DNA from: Lama guanicoe
Lineage: Eukaryota
Assembly (NCBI GenBank): GCA_013239625.1
Contig: MU054187.1
Location: 5,343,757 to 5,407,756 of the forward strand
Reading direction: 5' to 3'
Length of the DNA: 64,000 nt
Shown here: positions 26,995 to 39,354 of the stretch, piece after piece
Layout of the letters: every line of letters starts with the position of its first letter
Numbering within the stretch: position 1 is the stretch's first letter
Notes under the pieces: model-generated
Told to the model about the DNA's origin: nothing
The model's database searches: none
What the model saw: only the letters and a program-made list of their open reading frames with translations
Translations under genes and position numbers: made by a program

Positions 26995-27228
26995 CAAGGG
27001 GGTGGAGGGCGGGAAAGGATAGATGGGATTTCAAAATTGTAGAATAGATAAACAAGATCATACTGTAAAGCACAGGGAAATATACACAAGATCTCATGGT
27101 AGCTCACGGAGAAAAAATTGTGACAATGAATATATATATATATTCATGTATAACTGAAAAATTGTGCTCTACCCTGGAATTTGACACATTGTAAAATGAT
27201 TATAAATCAATAAAAAATGTTAAAAAAA
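26995..27228 (+). mobile_element. Young LINE-1 3' end (camelid-type)
   Basis: gggatttcaaaattgtagaatagataaacaag...aaatcaataaaaaatgttaaaaaaa. Confidence 0.9.
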
Positions 27229-27944
27229 GGATGTACTGATGATCATATAAATGTCTACCATACATTTCCATTAATATTTTAATAATATTTTACCTTTCTT
27301 TTTCCATTTGTACTTCCTTTCCCAGTGCTTATTTTTTGCCATATTACTGTAGATAAATATATTTTTGATTCAAAATATTTTCAGAAAAGTTTGATTAGGA
27401 TCTCAGTAGGAGGATATTTTTAAAGGCATAAGAGATTTTCTTGGCTGGTAAAATGATGACAGTGCAACTTTCAGGTTATCCCATTCTGCAACCTCTATTC
27501 CTTTAGCTGTATTGTTTTCAGATTATTTGTTTCAATTTTCTGATTGGCTTGATGAATACAAAATGTGATATAAATGCCTTATTTTCCATTACTGAAAAAA
27601 AGCTTCCATATGATTTTCTTCTTATTGTATCTCTTGAGTCCCAGAGAAAAAGAATGGGCAACCTATTAGAGAGTCTTACACAATTTGAAATCGGTTTAAT
27701 TTTTGTATTGGGTAGAACATAACATTTACAAACCATATGGCTAATACCCAGGTAAGTTAAAGCATATCAGCGTTGCCTTTCTCTGGTAAAATGCACACAT
27801 TTTCCATCAACTTTAGATGATTTTAAAAACATATATTAGACATAAATATGTGTAACTAATTGTGCCAATTTGGAGATTAATTTTAATTTGCATAATATAT
27901 TCTAAAATTTCTTCATGGAAAAGCTTTCTTCATGGAAAATTTTC

Positions 27945-28291
27945 TTTTTTTAACATTTTTTATTGATTTATAATCATTTTACAATGTTGTGTCAAATTCC
28001 AGTATAGAGCACAGTTTTTCAGTTATGCATGAACATGTATATATTCATTGTCACTTTTTTTCTCTGTGAGCTGCCACAGATCTTGTGTATATTTCCCTGT
28101 GCTATACAGTATGATCTTGTTTATCTATTCTACAATTTTGAAATCCCAGTCTATCCCTTCCCACCCTCCGCCCCCTTGGCAACCACAAGTTTGTAGTCTA
28201 TGTCTGAGTCTGTTTCTGTTTTGTATTTATGCTTTGTTTTTGTTTTTTAGATTCCACAGTATGAGCGATCTCATGTGGTATTTTTCTTTCT
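27945..28291 (-). mobile_element. Young LINE-1 3' end, same family, inverted
   Basis: Reverse complement of 26995-27228 with additional 5' sequence. Confidence 0.9.
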
Positions 28292-28749
28292 GTGAAGGTC
28301 TGAACTTCCATATTGTAGTTTCTTTTCTTTCTTGGAAGTTTTAGTGAGGAGTTGTGACATGTTCTAGTACGACTTGGCTGAGGGACTCCACTTATCAGAT
28401 GCTCTTCTGAACTATCCTTATAGTTTAGCAAAAAAAAAAAAAAAACTCCATGGAGAAAAAGAACATTGAGTGTTTACCTCTGATCTCTTCTATTACCTGC
28501 TGCTGTCACTGTGTGAGCCATGAAGTAGCTTGGTGTCTTAGTTTCCTCATCTGTGAAACAGAAAGGTTAAAGTTTGTGACCCTTAGATTTCACTTAGGTC
28601 CAAAATATGTGATTTGTTATCTTGTTTATAGATCTTGTATTTAAGAGTCACATTTTCCAGACATAGGAAAAACTGCTATCAAGGCAAAGATATGGAACCC
28701 ACTTATTTCCATTTATTCTCAGAAATACTATCCCAGGCAGCCAATTTAC

Positions 28750-28839
28750 TGGACCATGAACTTGTCACTTCTCCTTCCTTACTCCAGTCAATCAAAGGAG
28801 AATGAGTCTGCTATGAGCCATTTAAATAGATTTTTAAAT
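28750..28839 (-). pseudogene. Exon-like segment, 90 nt, phase 1-1: LKIYLNGS*QTHSPLIDWSKEGEVTSSWS
   Basis: Weak acceptor cttactatag, donor CCA|GTAAAT; W-x9-W. Confidence 0.3.
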
Positions 28840-28943
28840 CTATAGTAAGGCTCTTGATATATATATTTATATCAAGATATATATAAGAATATATATAAAT
28901 TCTTATGCTTCTAAGAGAAGATTTAAAAAAAAAACTTGCTTAC

Positions 28944-29060
28944 TTGTCTTAATGATACAGAGAATAGCATGATTATCCCAAGGTTCTGACATCCTTTTCA
29001 TATAAGTGGTCCTCCATCCTGATGGTCTTCGATAGACAGGAGCCTGGTATCTCTGTTTAT
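28944..29060 (-). pseudogene. Exon-like module, 117 nt, phase 1-1, open: KQRYQAPVYRRPSGWRTTYMKRMSEPWDNHAILCIIKT
   Basis: Very strong acceptor tcctttccctttccccag|AT and donor CAA|GTAAGC; best-preserved copy. Confidence 0.7.
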
Positions 29061-29293
29061 CTGGGGAAAGGGAAAGGACTAGGGATCAATATAATGTTGC
29101 AGAGGAAACTGTCTTTGCATCTGTTTTTTTTTTTTTTTGGATGGAAAACATCAACAGTGAAGCTTTTAATTATTAAATACTTGAGATTTTGTACAGTTTA
29201 TGTTTGTAAGAGGCTCATTCGCTTAGGGACAGAAGTGTCTACTAATGAGAAATAATAATTAAACATATTCATTGTGCTCATTTCTCATCTCAC

Positions 29294-29407
29294 ATACAAT
29301 TCCTGTATTTTCCTCTGGCTTGGACCAAGGCTGAGGACAAGCTTCCATCAAAAAGTGTTTGAAGTCTTTAAGACAGTTGACACCACTAGCTGCTTCTGTT
29401 ATGATTT
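29294..29407 (-). pseudogene. Exon-like module, 114 nt, phase 1-1, open: (E)IITEAASGVNCLKDFKHFLMEACPQPWSKPEENTGIV
   Basis: Acceptor ttgctctctag|AA, donor TAT|GTGAGA; splices in frame to 28944-29060; M-x4-[QE]PW is shared. Confidence 0.6.
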
Positions 29408-29963
29408 CTAGAGAGCAATTATCATTTCAGATCGGAAGTAATTTATTTTAAAGATAATAATTTTATTAAAATATATTTCTCGGTACTCCACAAACACATC
29501 GAAACAAATTTCCTGGTGGCTAAAGTAACTGCTATTGTAAATAGCAATCCTCTAACCAATTCAGGTGTTTTTCATCACAAATATTTTTTCCCTCAGGTAG
29601 ATTAATTAATATTTTCTCTACATTCTTTAGATCTCAAGTTCCAAGCACAAACTCTTTATTTTCCTAAGAACCATAGAGTAGATTCATTTTTAAGTCAAGG
29701 TGAGGCATGGAGAAGAACACAATTTCTGAACTTAGTCTGTCAATAATCATGTAAATTTTAAAGGAAAAAAGATACAAGCCACTAATGGCACACACTGAGC
29801 TTGTGTTTGGTTAGGAAAGTCAGACAAGATTTATAAACTAAAAAAAAAACTAAATTAGCCTGGTTTTGAAGGCCTTGTGCCAAAAATAAAAATTTCAAGA
29901 GGACTGTACCCTGTTTGCTTAGGACAGTATTCTCAAAGTTTTCCTGGTAAGAAGGAATCTTAC

Positions 29964-30068
29964 AATATTTGCCCAGCCTAATGTGCACAGCTCACTATAA
30001 AGGCCTTTTCATTACCACTGGGTCTCCTATATTTTTGGCCAGTAGTGGTTGCCTCTACCTGAACAGGG
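29964..30068 (-). pseudogene. Exon-like module, 105 nt: PVQVEATTTGQKYRRPSGNEKAFIVSCAH*
   Basis: Acceptor ttttttcttctccttaag, donors ATT|GTAAGA or ATA|GTGAGC; YRRPSG identical to the 28944-29060 exon. Confidence 0.6.
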
Positions 30069-31779
30069 CTTAAGGAGAAGAAAAAAAATCACTATGGGTT
30101 TTTGAAAATAAGATTTATACACAATATATGGATCAGATCATATTCAAACTACACATTCTCCAACTCATATTAAGTCTTTAAGAGCAACGTCAGTTGAAAA
30201 CTGACAAAACAAAGGAATAACAGGTACCAAAATCATTGTACAAAGTGAATCCCAGGTACCAATTGATGCCTTCACGGTGCTGAAACTATTCTTTGAGATA
30301 AACTGAACTTTTCTTTAAAGTTAAAAGTCCTTGTGTCTGAACACTGGAGAGAACTAACCCAGCTCTCGGAAATGACACATGGAGGCAAACAGACCATATT
30401 TGCATTCGCTCCTCTTTCTGAATGCACGACTCAACATGCTTCTTTAATATTTCTTGTCTCCGTGTCATAGTTAGGTTATGACAATATAAGTAACACGGAT
30501 GGCATCACTGAAGGTGGCAGGTACTGTGGTTGCCTGTGCGTCAGATGTTGCGCCCTTTGCATACTGCGTGCCATCCTCAGGGGGCTGACGCATGGTCGTC
30601 ACCTCCCCCCGTCAGGTTCCACAGGAGACGGTCTGAGAAGTGATTTGCCCAGGGACACAAAACTTCTTCATGGCTAAAATGAAATCGAAACCTTTTCTCT
30701 TTAAGAAGATAATTGTTATCTTGCAAGTACAAAGTTTTCGTATCTCAGGCCAAAATTCTGATCGAAAGTACTGGACAAGAAGGAACTAAGTTTCAGTCAA
30801 TTTTTAAGGCAAAATTTAAAAGCACCTCTTCCACGTAATCTAGCCTTCCTGGTTTTTCTCTCTTTTCAGGGTATTTTGAAATTCTGGTGAAAACGTTTAG
30901 CGAATTATTTTTACGCCTCGGTTTAATCCCCTATTTGTTTATTCTTTGAGATGAACCTCGACTTAGTCACTTCCATAAGTGGCTGGGCTGTTGAAATGAT
31001 TTAAATAATTATTGCAAATGGAAGTCCAAACAAGTTTATAGCTTTGATGACAGACAAAAAACCCCAAACAAGCCCTGCCATTTATCATTCTTGTTTCACC
31101 TTCATCGATGCTGGAATAGGGCCAAATATCCAAAGTAGTGGAAAGTGATGTGGGAAACATCGTTCTATAAATGTCAATCTACTGGCTTCTAAAAATTATG
31201 CTACTTTGGATCCAAATGCTATGTTCCATCCTTCCAGCAAGGAAGTAGTCAAGATTACCAAGAAATGCGAAATACAAATCTAACATCATTCTCAAAATTT
31301 TGAGGCGTTTTATCAATGTGAAATATTTTTGATTGAAAAAAATATTTATAGTACAATTGCACATTGGAATGGAGGTCAAAACTTAATGGGAGATGAAACT
31401 GCACATTTCACATTAATGTCAGGTGCAATGAGGAAATTTTATATAACATTTTGGAGAATGGAGAATTGGAGTGTGAGAGATGAAAAATATTTTTTCTGCA
31501 TTTTTATCCATTTATCCATGAAGATTTGTTGAAATCTGACAATATGCCAAGAACTGTTCGGAGAAAGAACTATCCTCTATCAAACAGAAATCCTCCTGTC
31601 TGTCCAGTGTGGGACATCCATCAAGCTATGCTTTGGCTCTTCTTCAGTTCCTTTTGGAGAAACTGACTACCTACCTGCTTCTCTCTTTTATTTCTCTGTC
31701 TAATAGAACCTCTATTCAACATTTGAATATGCTGACAAGCATGCCTGTCTTAAAACACACCACACACACATGACTCTCA

Positions 31780-32058
31780 TATCCTTCTCCAATCTTGTTG
31801 CCCCTTACAACTATTTTCCTAAAAATCTGTTTCTCATTCATCATCTTATTCCTATCTGACCTCTACCCACACGATTCCAGCAAAGCAGATCTTACTAAAG
31901 GCCTCCGTTTTCCATTAATCCGAATTCAACGGACATAGAGAATTCTCCTGGAGCTTGACTTCTCAGCTGAAGTCGATGGGCACTGCTGACCACTTTCTCC
32001 TTCTCGAAAGACCCTTTCCTTGATTTCTGTTCTTCCTAACCCTCCCATGGCTTCTTCT
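31780..32058 (+). mobile_element. L2 ORF2 fragment
   Basis: cttgacttctcagctg...ctgctgaccactttctccttctcgaaa. Confidence 0.6.
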
Positions 32059-32059
32059 A

Positions 32060-32625
32060 GGTAATTCACGCTTTTGTTGCCATTGTAAATGGCATTGTTC
32101 TTTGTATTTCAATTTCTGATTGTTCATTCATTGTATGCAGAATGGAATTGACTTCTATATATTAATCCTGTATCCTACAATCTTACTAGTTTTATTACCT
32201 TTCCTCCTAGATTCTATTGGATTTTCTATATAGAAAACCAAATTGTCTGTGCATAAAATAGCTTCACTTCCACTTTTCCAATCTTCCTGTCTTTCATTTG
32301 TTTTCCTTGCCTTATTGCACTGGCTAGACCCTCCAGTACAATGTTGAGTAAAAGATGTGTAGTAATAGCTCACTGTTGCTTTAATTTGCATTTCCCTGAT
32401 GACATAGGCTGTGAAACATCTTTCCATGTGGTTGTTTGCCATCTGTCAGTCTTCTTTGGTAAGGTGTCTGTGCAGGTCTTTGGTCCACTTTTAATTGAAT
32501 TGTTTTCTTATTAAGTTTTATGACTTTTGTGTACTTTGGACAACAGTTCTTTATGGATGTGTCTTTTGCAAATACTTTCTCCAGGTCTATGGCTTGTCTT
32601 GATACCGTCTTTCACACTGTAGTTT
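32060..32625 (-). mobile_element. Old LINE-1 fragments
   Basis: ccttattgcactggctagaccctccagtacaatgttga; ttaatttgcatttccctgatgac. Confidence 0.88.
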
Positions 32626-32735
32626 TTGTTTGTTTGTTTGTTTGCTTTAATTTTCTGCTTGGTTTTTGCTGCTGGTGGCTGAGACCTGCTCTGAAATCCC
32701 TGGTGGTGTCCTGGACTTGGGACCTCGTTTGAATC

Positions 32736-33278
32736 TGTGGTGGTTTCACTAAACGGGCACACACTTTTTGACACTCGTATCACAGAGAGGTGATGTTTAT
32801 ATCTTTTGCCCTTAAATCTGGGCATACTTGTGACAACAGAATCCAGTGGAAGTTATGCTGCATGACTTTGAAGCTGACACAAAGAATGAAGCAGCTTGCC
32901 CATTTTTCTCCGGGACACTCACTTTGGGACCTTGGGCTCCAGGTAAGGAGTCTGAATACCTTGAATTCACCACGCTGTGAGAGAATTCAGACCAAACAGC
33001 CACACAGAAGCATTCCAGTTGACCACCTCAGCTAAGGTTCTAGCTGCAACTAGCATCAACCATATGGTAAGTGAGAACATTCTCAGACTCACCATCAAGG
33101 TACTCCTAGTAACTGGGCTTCCAAGGTGGGGCCCTTCACATCATGGGGCAGAGACACACCATCCTCACTGCGTCCTGTTTGACAGCCTCACCCATAATAT
33201 CCATGAGTGTAATAAAATGGCTATTTTACGCCAATAACTGTGGGAATAATTTGTTACACATTAATAGTAACCGTGACA
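32736..33278 (+). mobile_element. MaLR LTR (MLT1G/H-like)
   Basis: tgtggtggtttc...tttttgacactc...; aataaaatggctattttacgcc...ttgttacac. Confidence 0.8.
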
Positions 33279-34113
33279 GGCTCTTAGTCCTTTTCCTGTA
33301 ATGGAAACTAGCCTGACGCTCGCACACACTAGCTGGGATCGTGCCAGTCACGGGGTTACGCCTGCGTAACTCCCTAATCCCCACCTGTCCAGTGGCCTCC
33401 CAAATGTTAACCCTTGTCAGGACTTCCTAAGTTGGAAATTTCCCAAGTACATGAGTTCCTCTGTAGCAGAACATAACAACCCAGAGAATTCTCTTGGTGA
33501 TTATAAAATAAGTAAATCATGTCTATTTGACACTTCAGTTTCTCACCTAGTAATTTATGGCTTGCCTGGTCCGTGATGCACCTCAGTTCCTGAAGATTGC
33601 TCTCACTGTGACTCATGGGTGGGGGTAAGAGGAGCAGCACAGTGTGGGCTTTGTCAGGTGAATACGTTCTGAGGACCTTCTGAGGACCATCGACAACTGT
33701 GATCCAATGAACAACTTCAACTGTCGGGCTCAAGGTCCCCACAAAATCCTCAGATCAAAGAGTCACCCCAGGCTCCGCGGCTACACGCCATGATGCTCTG
33801 CGGGAGATTCCCTAGATACCGAAGGGCGGGCTAGATTTGTAGTGTTTATCAAGTGAAAGTTTGAACGGACTTCCTCCTGTCTTCCTGCGTGGGGTTAGCG
33901 CCTTTTTGTGTTCAATATGCAGCAGCTATTGAGGGCTGTCCAAGTTGAATTCATGTTCAAGACAGCTGCCCTGCGGTAAACACCTTTTCAACGCTGGAAA
34001 TGTAACTACTCCTGTTCCATGTCCTTCTATTTATTTCTCAGAGAAACAGAAGATAACGAAGCAGTATGTGAAGGTAGATACAACATCTAAATGGGTCCGG
34101 GCCTGGGAGTTAC

Positions 34114-34131
34114 CTGGAGTGGTCAGTTCAT
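34114..34131 (-). pseudogene. Candidate 18-nt phase 1-1 micro-exon (D)ELTTP
   Basis: Acceptor ctctcttatttag, donor CAG|GTAACT. Confidence 0.3.
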
Positions 34132-34759
34132 CTAAATAAGAGAGCGTGCTTTTAAAAACTTGAATAATCTAGAGTTACTAGGGATTCTAAGAATACTAAA
34201 AGAGCACCTTAAACAAATTATGTCCTCACCTCATTAATTTGCCCAAGATTACACTCCAAGAAGGTTAAAGATCTAAAATTTCAATTCAGTTGTTTGAACT
34301 GTAAAATTACTCTTAAGAAGTGTTTTCCTGTAGCCTTTTAATTGGGTTGTAAAGATAATTCATCCTGTGAAATATTAAAATCACAAATGGATTTTTAATG
34401 AACAAAACCGTTGATACAAACAAGTGAGAGTCAGCATGCTAGCTAGTTACTGACATAACATAAAATGTAGGTTAAAAAAATCAATAACTTCTGAATGTCT
34501 AGGAAGATCTGAGCATCTGAATTGAGTTTAGATTGAATAACGTTCATGTGGAAGGTTAGTTCAAAAATCAGTCTGTTAAAATTTTGACTTCAGTTGCTGT
34601 GTTTCTTAAACTTGGAGGCCTGTAAACCAAAGTGGGATGAAACAGATAGAGGTCTGACCATGAAAACTTTTAGGAAAATCATTCTGGACTTTGGCATAAA
34701 AAGATGAGCTCCTAACTGATCTGCGGGCACAATGAGCACAGATATGTGACTCCTGTTAC

Positions 34760-34789
34760 CAGAGATGAGCGCTGGAATCACAGCATCTT
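34760..34789 (-). pseudogene. Candidate 30-nt phase 1-1 mini-exon (E)DAVIPALIS
   Basis: Acceptor gggttttag, donor CTG|GTAACA; open. Confidence 0.3.
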
Positions 34790-35246
34790 CTAAAACCCAG
34801 GAAGCATCACTGAATCTATTCTGAAAGCCAGAGCGAAATTCAGAACCGAGTGAGTATTATTCTTACGCGAAGATCTTTACCAAACTCAAACAGCAAACAC
34901 CTGTCAATATTCTGGAAAATAATTATCCAGTGATGTCCTGTATGGTAAGGACTGACTGAATTAGTGAGTCAAGAATGGGATTCCATCTGCGGCCTCTATC
35001 AGCTGTCTTTGATATCTAAAACACAGTGTCACACTGTTCAGTTTACAAAGATAATTTGCTATGTTTAACATCTTTGAGGTGACATCAGTTTGAAATGAGC
35101 TGACCTTCTGCATGATGTTTTACTTTTATGTCACGAAAGTTACAAAGAAGATTTACTGTCTTTTATTATTAAAACTCCAGCTCTGTTTCTGGCCATTGTG
35201 TTTCCTAATTATGCTCAGGAGGTGGCTCCTTATCCAGGTGGCTTAC

Positions 35247-35342
35247 TTATGAATAATCTTCTTTGTGGGGCTTCTGTAGTGGACAAGTCAGATTGCTTCT
35301 GACATCAGCCAGGAGAAAACTAGCTTCCAGCACTGCTGTGTT
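35247..35342 (-). pseudogene. Exon-like module, 96 nt, phase 1-1: (E)HSSAGS*FSPG*CQKQSDLSTTEAPQRRLFI
   Basis: Acceptor tctttcggtcttctag, donor TAA|GTAAGC; *FSPG* resembles QFSPQ* of 26319-26401. Confidence 0.45.
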
Positions 35343-36734
35343 CTAGAAGACCGAAAGATTTACTTTGTCAACATCCTTGCATGCAAATGGAAATCACTTC
35401 CTTAAGGTTTGATGTGCTTTTTCCCCGGAGGCACAGGACGCTTTCCTGAGTGCCTAGCCCTCTTCTACCTGCCATTTAAGGAGACAAACCACACTTCTGA
35501 ACCTCAGGTTGTGAAATTTATTTTGTTCTGTGTTTGTTTCTAAACTTATTTAAAACGATACTGATTAATCATGTTCTTTTAACAATGGTTACAGGTAAAA
35601 TTCACTGGATTCCAAGTAGATAACAGAGATTATGATAATGGAGAATGAGTTTAGATTACGATTATGGAGAATGGAACAGTCATTTAGAATGGCAATTGCT
35701 ACCAAAACTATTTTTTGATTTTTAGTGGATCAGTTCTTTGTAATTTTTAATTTCAGCCAATGTAAGGGAGGAAAAAAAAAGAAACTAGTAACCTCAAATC
35801 ATTTTAAATACCATTGAAATTGTGTTGACTTTGTTTCAAAGTACATTCTGTGTCATGCATTAGTTATATTCAACACTTAGCTTGTACTTAAATTTCTCAG
35901 AACATCTCTTTGGTTGCAAATTCAGCACATGGTTATTTAGTGGAACACAATCAGTTCAAGGTGAAGCAAAATTAGCTCTGTGTTTCCCAAAGAATGTCTT
36001 AAAAGCCATAATATCTACATGAAAAAAAGAATACTGAATTCAAATACTTTGTTGAAGAAAACCTGTTCCCTCAGTTTAAAAGATGGCATTCTGCCAAACT
36101 GATCATTTGTTTTCATTAAGGCAATAGCTAAACAATCTGTCTCCATGAATTTCCACCCTTGATTTTGTGTGTGCTCTGTCACCATCAACAGTAGCTCCCG
36201 ACAGAATCAACAGTTCGTTGCTGGGCAGGGCAAGTCAAGGAGCAAGGAGGAGGCAGCGTAAGAAGGGATACAGCTTAGACGAGGAACGCTGGACCATGTC
36301 GAATCTGAAGCAACAGCTGCAAAAGAAGGCCCACAGTTGGAAGTAAAATCAAAATAATTGTGGGCATCCAGGGACGTTTCAGTCTGGAAGAGCACGCTGG
36401 GATGCAGCCTCCAAAATGCAGAGTAGATGGAAAGGAAGTATGGGAAGTGAGCCAGGTTGTCCAAAGAACCCATGATGGACAGGGGACTAGGGAGAATGGG
36501 GACAGCGCCCACAGCTGAGAAGGAAGCTGGCGAGTAATAGGAAGCGACATGTCAGTCAATGAGCTGGAAGGGCATGCATGCTTCTTCTCTGGACTTGAGT
36601 GCTCTTGAGCAAATAGTGAGTAAAAGACAGGTGGATGGAGGTGTTCTGGGTTTTCAAGGTACCCAAATAAAGGGTCCAAGAGGATAACAAGGGCAAGGAA
36701 GGGAAGTTCAGCTCAATTATTGATAATAATAACA

Positions 36735-36940
36735 AATACTCTGTATTGATTATCTACTCTGTGTCTGACTGTGAGCCAAGCCATCGACACATCTTCTCAT
36801 TTGCTCTTTAGTGTTGCTTTAGAAAGTATTACTATCGCCAGTTTAGGGATGAACAAACCACAACTCTGAGAAGTGAAGGAATTTACTCTTGATTCCATCG
36901 CCAAAGAGCAGCAGGGTCAAAGATGAACCCAGACTTTCCA
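36735..36940 (-). mobile_element. MIR SINE
   Basis: tattactatcgccagtttagggatgaacaaac...gagaagtgaaggaatttact. Confidence 0.6.
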
Positions 36941-37487
36941 ACTGTTTGCTTTTGCTGAGCACCTGTGTGATTGGGCAGAGGTTATCAGGGTCTTTTCAAA
37001 TCCCTTACATTGGAAGGCTGGTAAAATGGATGAATGGCCCTTGACCTCTTGTTGCTCATGGATGGAAGGGAGAAAATGAGGGGGCTGGAAAGGGCTGCGG
37101 TGGGCACAGCAGGAACAAGACAGTCATAAATAGAACCTGAGAGGGAGTAGCGTGGACAAGATTTGGAGTCCAGTCACTCTCTCAGAACTGGGGAAAAGAG
37201 GATGACTTCAATGTCGGGCTTCCTTGAGGGTTCCGCCATTTTTGATTTTGAGGAATGAGTCAAGGTTTTGACGTTGGGAGACCAAACGAATGCAGAAAGA
37301 ATTCCATTAGATAAGACCTGAACTCAGTCCCAGGAGTAGGACAGTGGTCCCAGGAGCAGACAAGCAGGGACAGGAATCTGATTTCCCACTGGGTGCATTG
37401 AAAGAAGTTTGGGTGGGACGGGGATATGAGGAGAGAGAGAAGACAGTCATATTTCTACAATGGTTACAGTAATAACCAGATAAATAA

Positions 37488-37575
37488 TGACCTCACATAG
37501 TTGTTGCAAGTAAAATGAGATAATACAGGTAAAATAGCTTGATAGTGCCTGGAACATAGTAGGTCTCTAATAAAT
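37488..37575 (+). mobile_element. MIR 3' fragment
   Basis: aaatgagataatacaggtaaaatagc...gtgcctggaacatagtaggtctctaataaat. Confidence 0.75.
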
Positions 37576-38779
37576 AAGAAGTCAGTAAACCTAAGTAAAC
37601 AGTTACTTAGTTATAGGCTCAGAGTTTATTAGAATCATAGTTTTGCACTCTAAAACATATTGCCTTATTTGAAGTTATTTCAGGCCTTTGTTTCAATAAG
37701 ATAATGAGAGAGAAGGGGGCAGGGACTATGTGTTATTTATAGTTACATGTTGCTCTATACCTATTTTTATACGTTGTATATAATTAATGCACAGAAAGCA
37801 CGTACTGTCTGTTTACCCTACGTAATATCTGCCACCTTCTTGTTTGGGTCAAAGTATTAATTCTATCTGAGACAGCCCCAGGCTTCATTTTAAAGTAAGA
37901 CACAGTATGTTCAAAACTTCAAAAAATACATTTTAATTTCAGTTTGGCTTTTGTGAGAAGTGTCATCCAATTTTTACAAATACAGCTGGGAAGATGTAAT
38001 GTAGATTTTCACACGCTTCATTATAAAAAGTCTCTATCGTGTTTGCAAGGAATCTTTCAGAACTGAGGACAATCCAGTCCTTATTTTGTTCAGTCCTTTG
38101 TTTTTCATCTAAGATTATATGAATAATAATAGTGTAAAATCATTGAACTAAGATGTAGGTAAGAAATTCTACTGAAATTGGACCGTTAATTATATCCCCT
38201 TAAGTGTCTATCATTATAGCTAGAAATGATTTTCTTGCTTATGATCATCATATAGGTATTACTCCTCAAACAACATAAAATGTGTTTAGCACTTTTATTT
38301 CTTTTTAAAGACTTGAGCAGAGGGTTAAATTGTGGTTATAATAAATTTCTGGAGTTGAGTGAATATTTTTAAATGTGGCCAACATAAAGGTCACAATAAA
38401 TCTTTGGCTAAAGATAGATAGCTTCAATTCTTGAAATGATATTTTTATATAAATATAAATATTTTTATACTCCCCCAGAAGTTCAGGTTTGTTAAGAACT
38501 GCCTCTTTTCTGACTGTCCTCTTCCTCTAGGTGTCATTCTGATGTCCCCAACATCTCACTCACACTCACGCTCTCAATTACCGACTGAGTGCAGGTAACC
38601 CCCAGTTCTACCCAGCTCGGGCCAACTCCTCACCCCAATTCCAGCACCGCGTGTCCAGCCGGCTACCTTGCAGCCTTTCTAGCTGAGTGTCTCACCTTCA
38701 CACCCATCGTGCTGCGTGCCTTCATCCCTCACAGAGAAAAGTATTAACAGAGCCAATTTCATCTTTAAAAAAAAATGTT

Positions 38780-39030
38780 TAAACAACTTTATTGTGGTGT
38801 AATTTCTGCACAGTAAACTCCACAGATTTCAGATGTGCAAGCTGGTGAATTTTGATACAGGCAGACACCCGAGAAACCACCACCACCATCAAGATACAAT
38901 GTCATCTTCTTAATTTCCACACTGAATGGCCTCACACTAACTTGTCTCAGATCTGAACGACTCCCATGGACCCTGACAAAGCTTCCGTGTACCCAGTGCA
39001 TCACTTTCACAGTAGGTCGCTTCAGCTCTT
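38780..39030 (-). mobile_element. Old LINE-1 3' end (L1ME-type)
   Basis: caactttattgtggtgtaatt...aaccaccaccaccatcaagataca. Confidence 0.7.
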
Positions 39031-39037
39031 TTTTCAA

Positions 39038-39160
39038 TTTTTTTTTTTTTTTTGGCGGGGGATTAGTTAGGCTTATTTATTTATTTATTTATTATTCAAT
39101 CCCCAGGACCTCATGCATGCTAAGCATGTGCTCTACTACTTGAGTTACACTCTCCTCCCC
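39038..39160 (-). mobile_element. tRNA-derived SINE (Vic-1-like)
   Basis: ggacctcatgcatgctaagcatgtgctctactacttgagttacactctcctccccc. Confidence 0.85.
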
Positions 39161-39354
39161 CAATTTGCTTCAGTTCTTGTCTCTTCACGTTATTGTGTTG
39201 CTCAGGAGGTCCACCCTTCAGCTCTTGTGGACAATCTATGCTGTCCATGTGTCTTAGTCATCGTTCCTCACGCGTGGGTGGGCATCCCATGCATTCCCAG
39301 TGTGCTTGTCCCCTCTCTGTGCGCACGCCCAGACACTGTATCAGAGTTGCTGGT

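Noticed and set aside
28944..29407. Assigning the module to a known family (tectonin propeller, MAM, myozenin/synaptopodin motifs, GW hooks, prohormone repeats)
   Set aside because: Only superficial resemblance by eye; no family is claimed without a profile search.
30870..30920. Strong plus-strand acceptor tttttctctcttttcag
   Set aside because: No good donor or recognisable peptide follows.
34821..34911. 45-nt exon candidate 34867-34911 joined to an acceptor at 34821
   Set aside because: The intron would be 46 nt, below the usual mammalian minimum.
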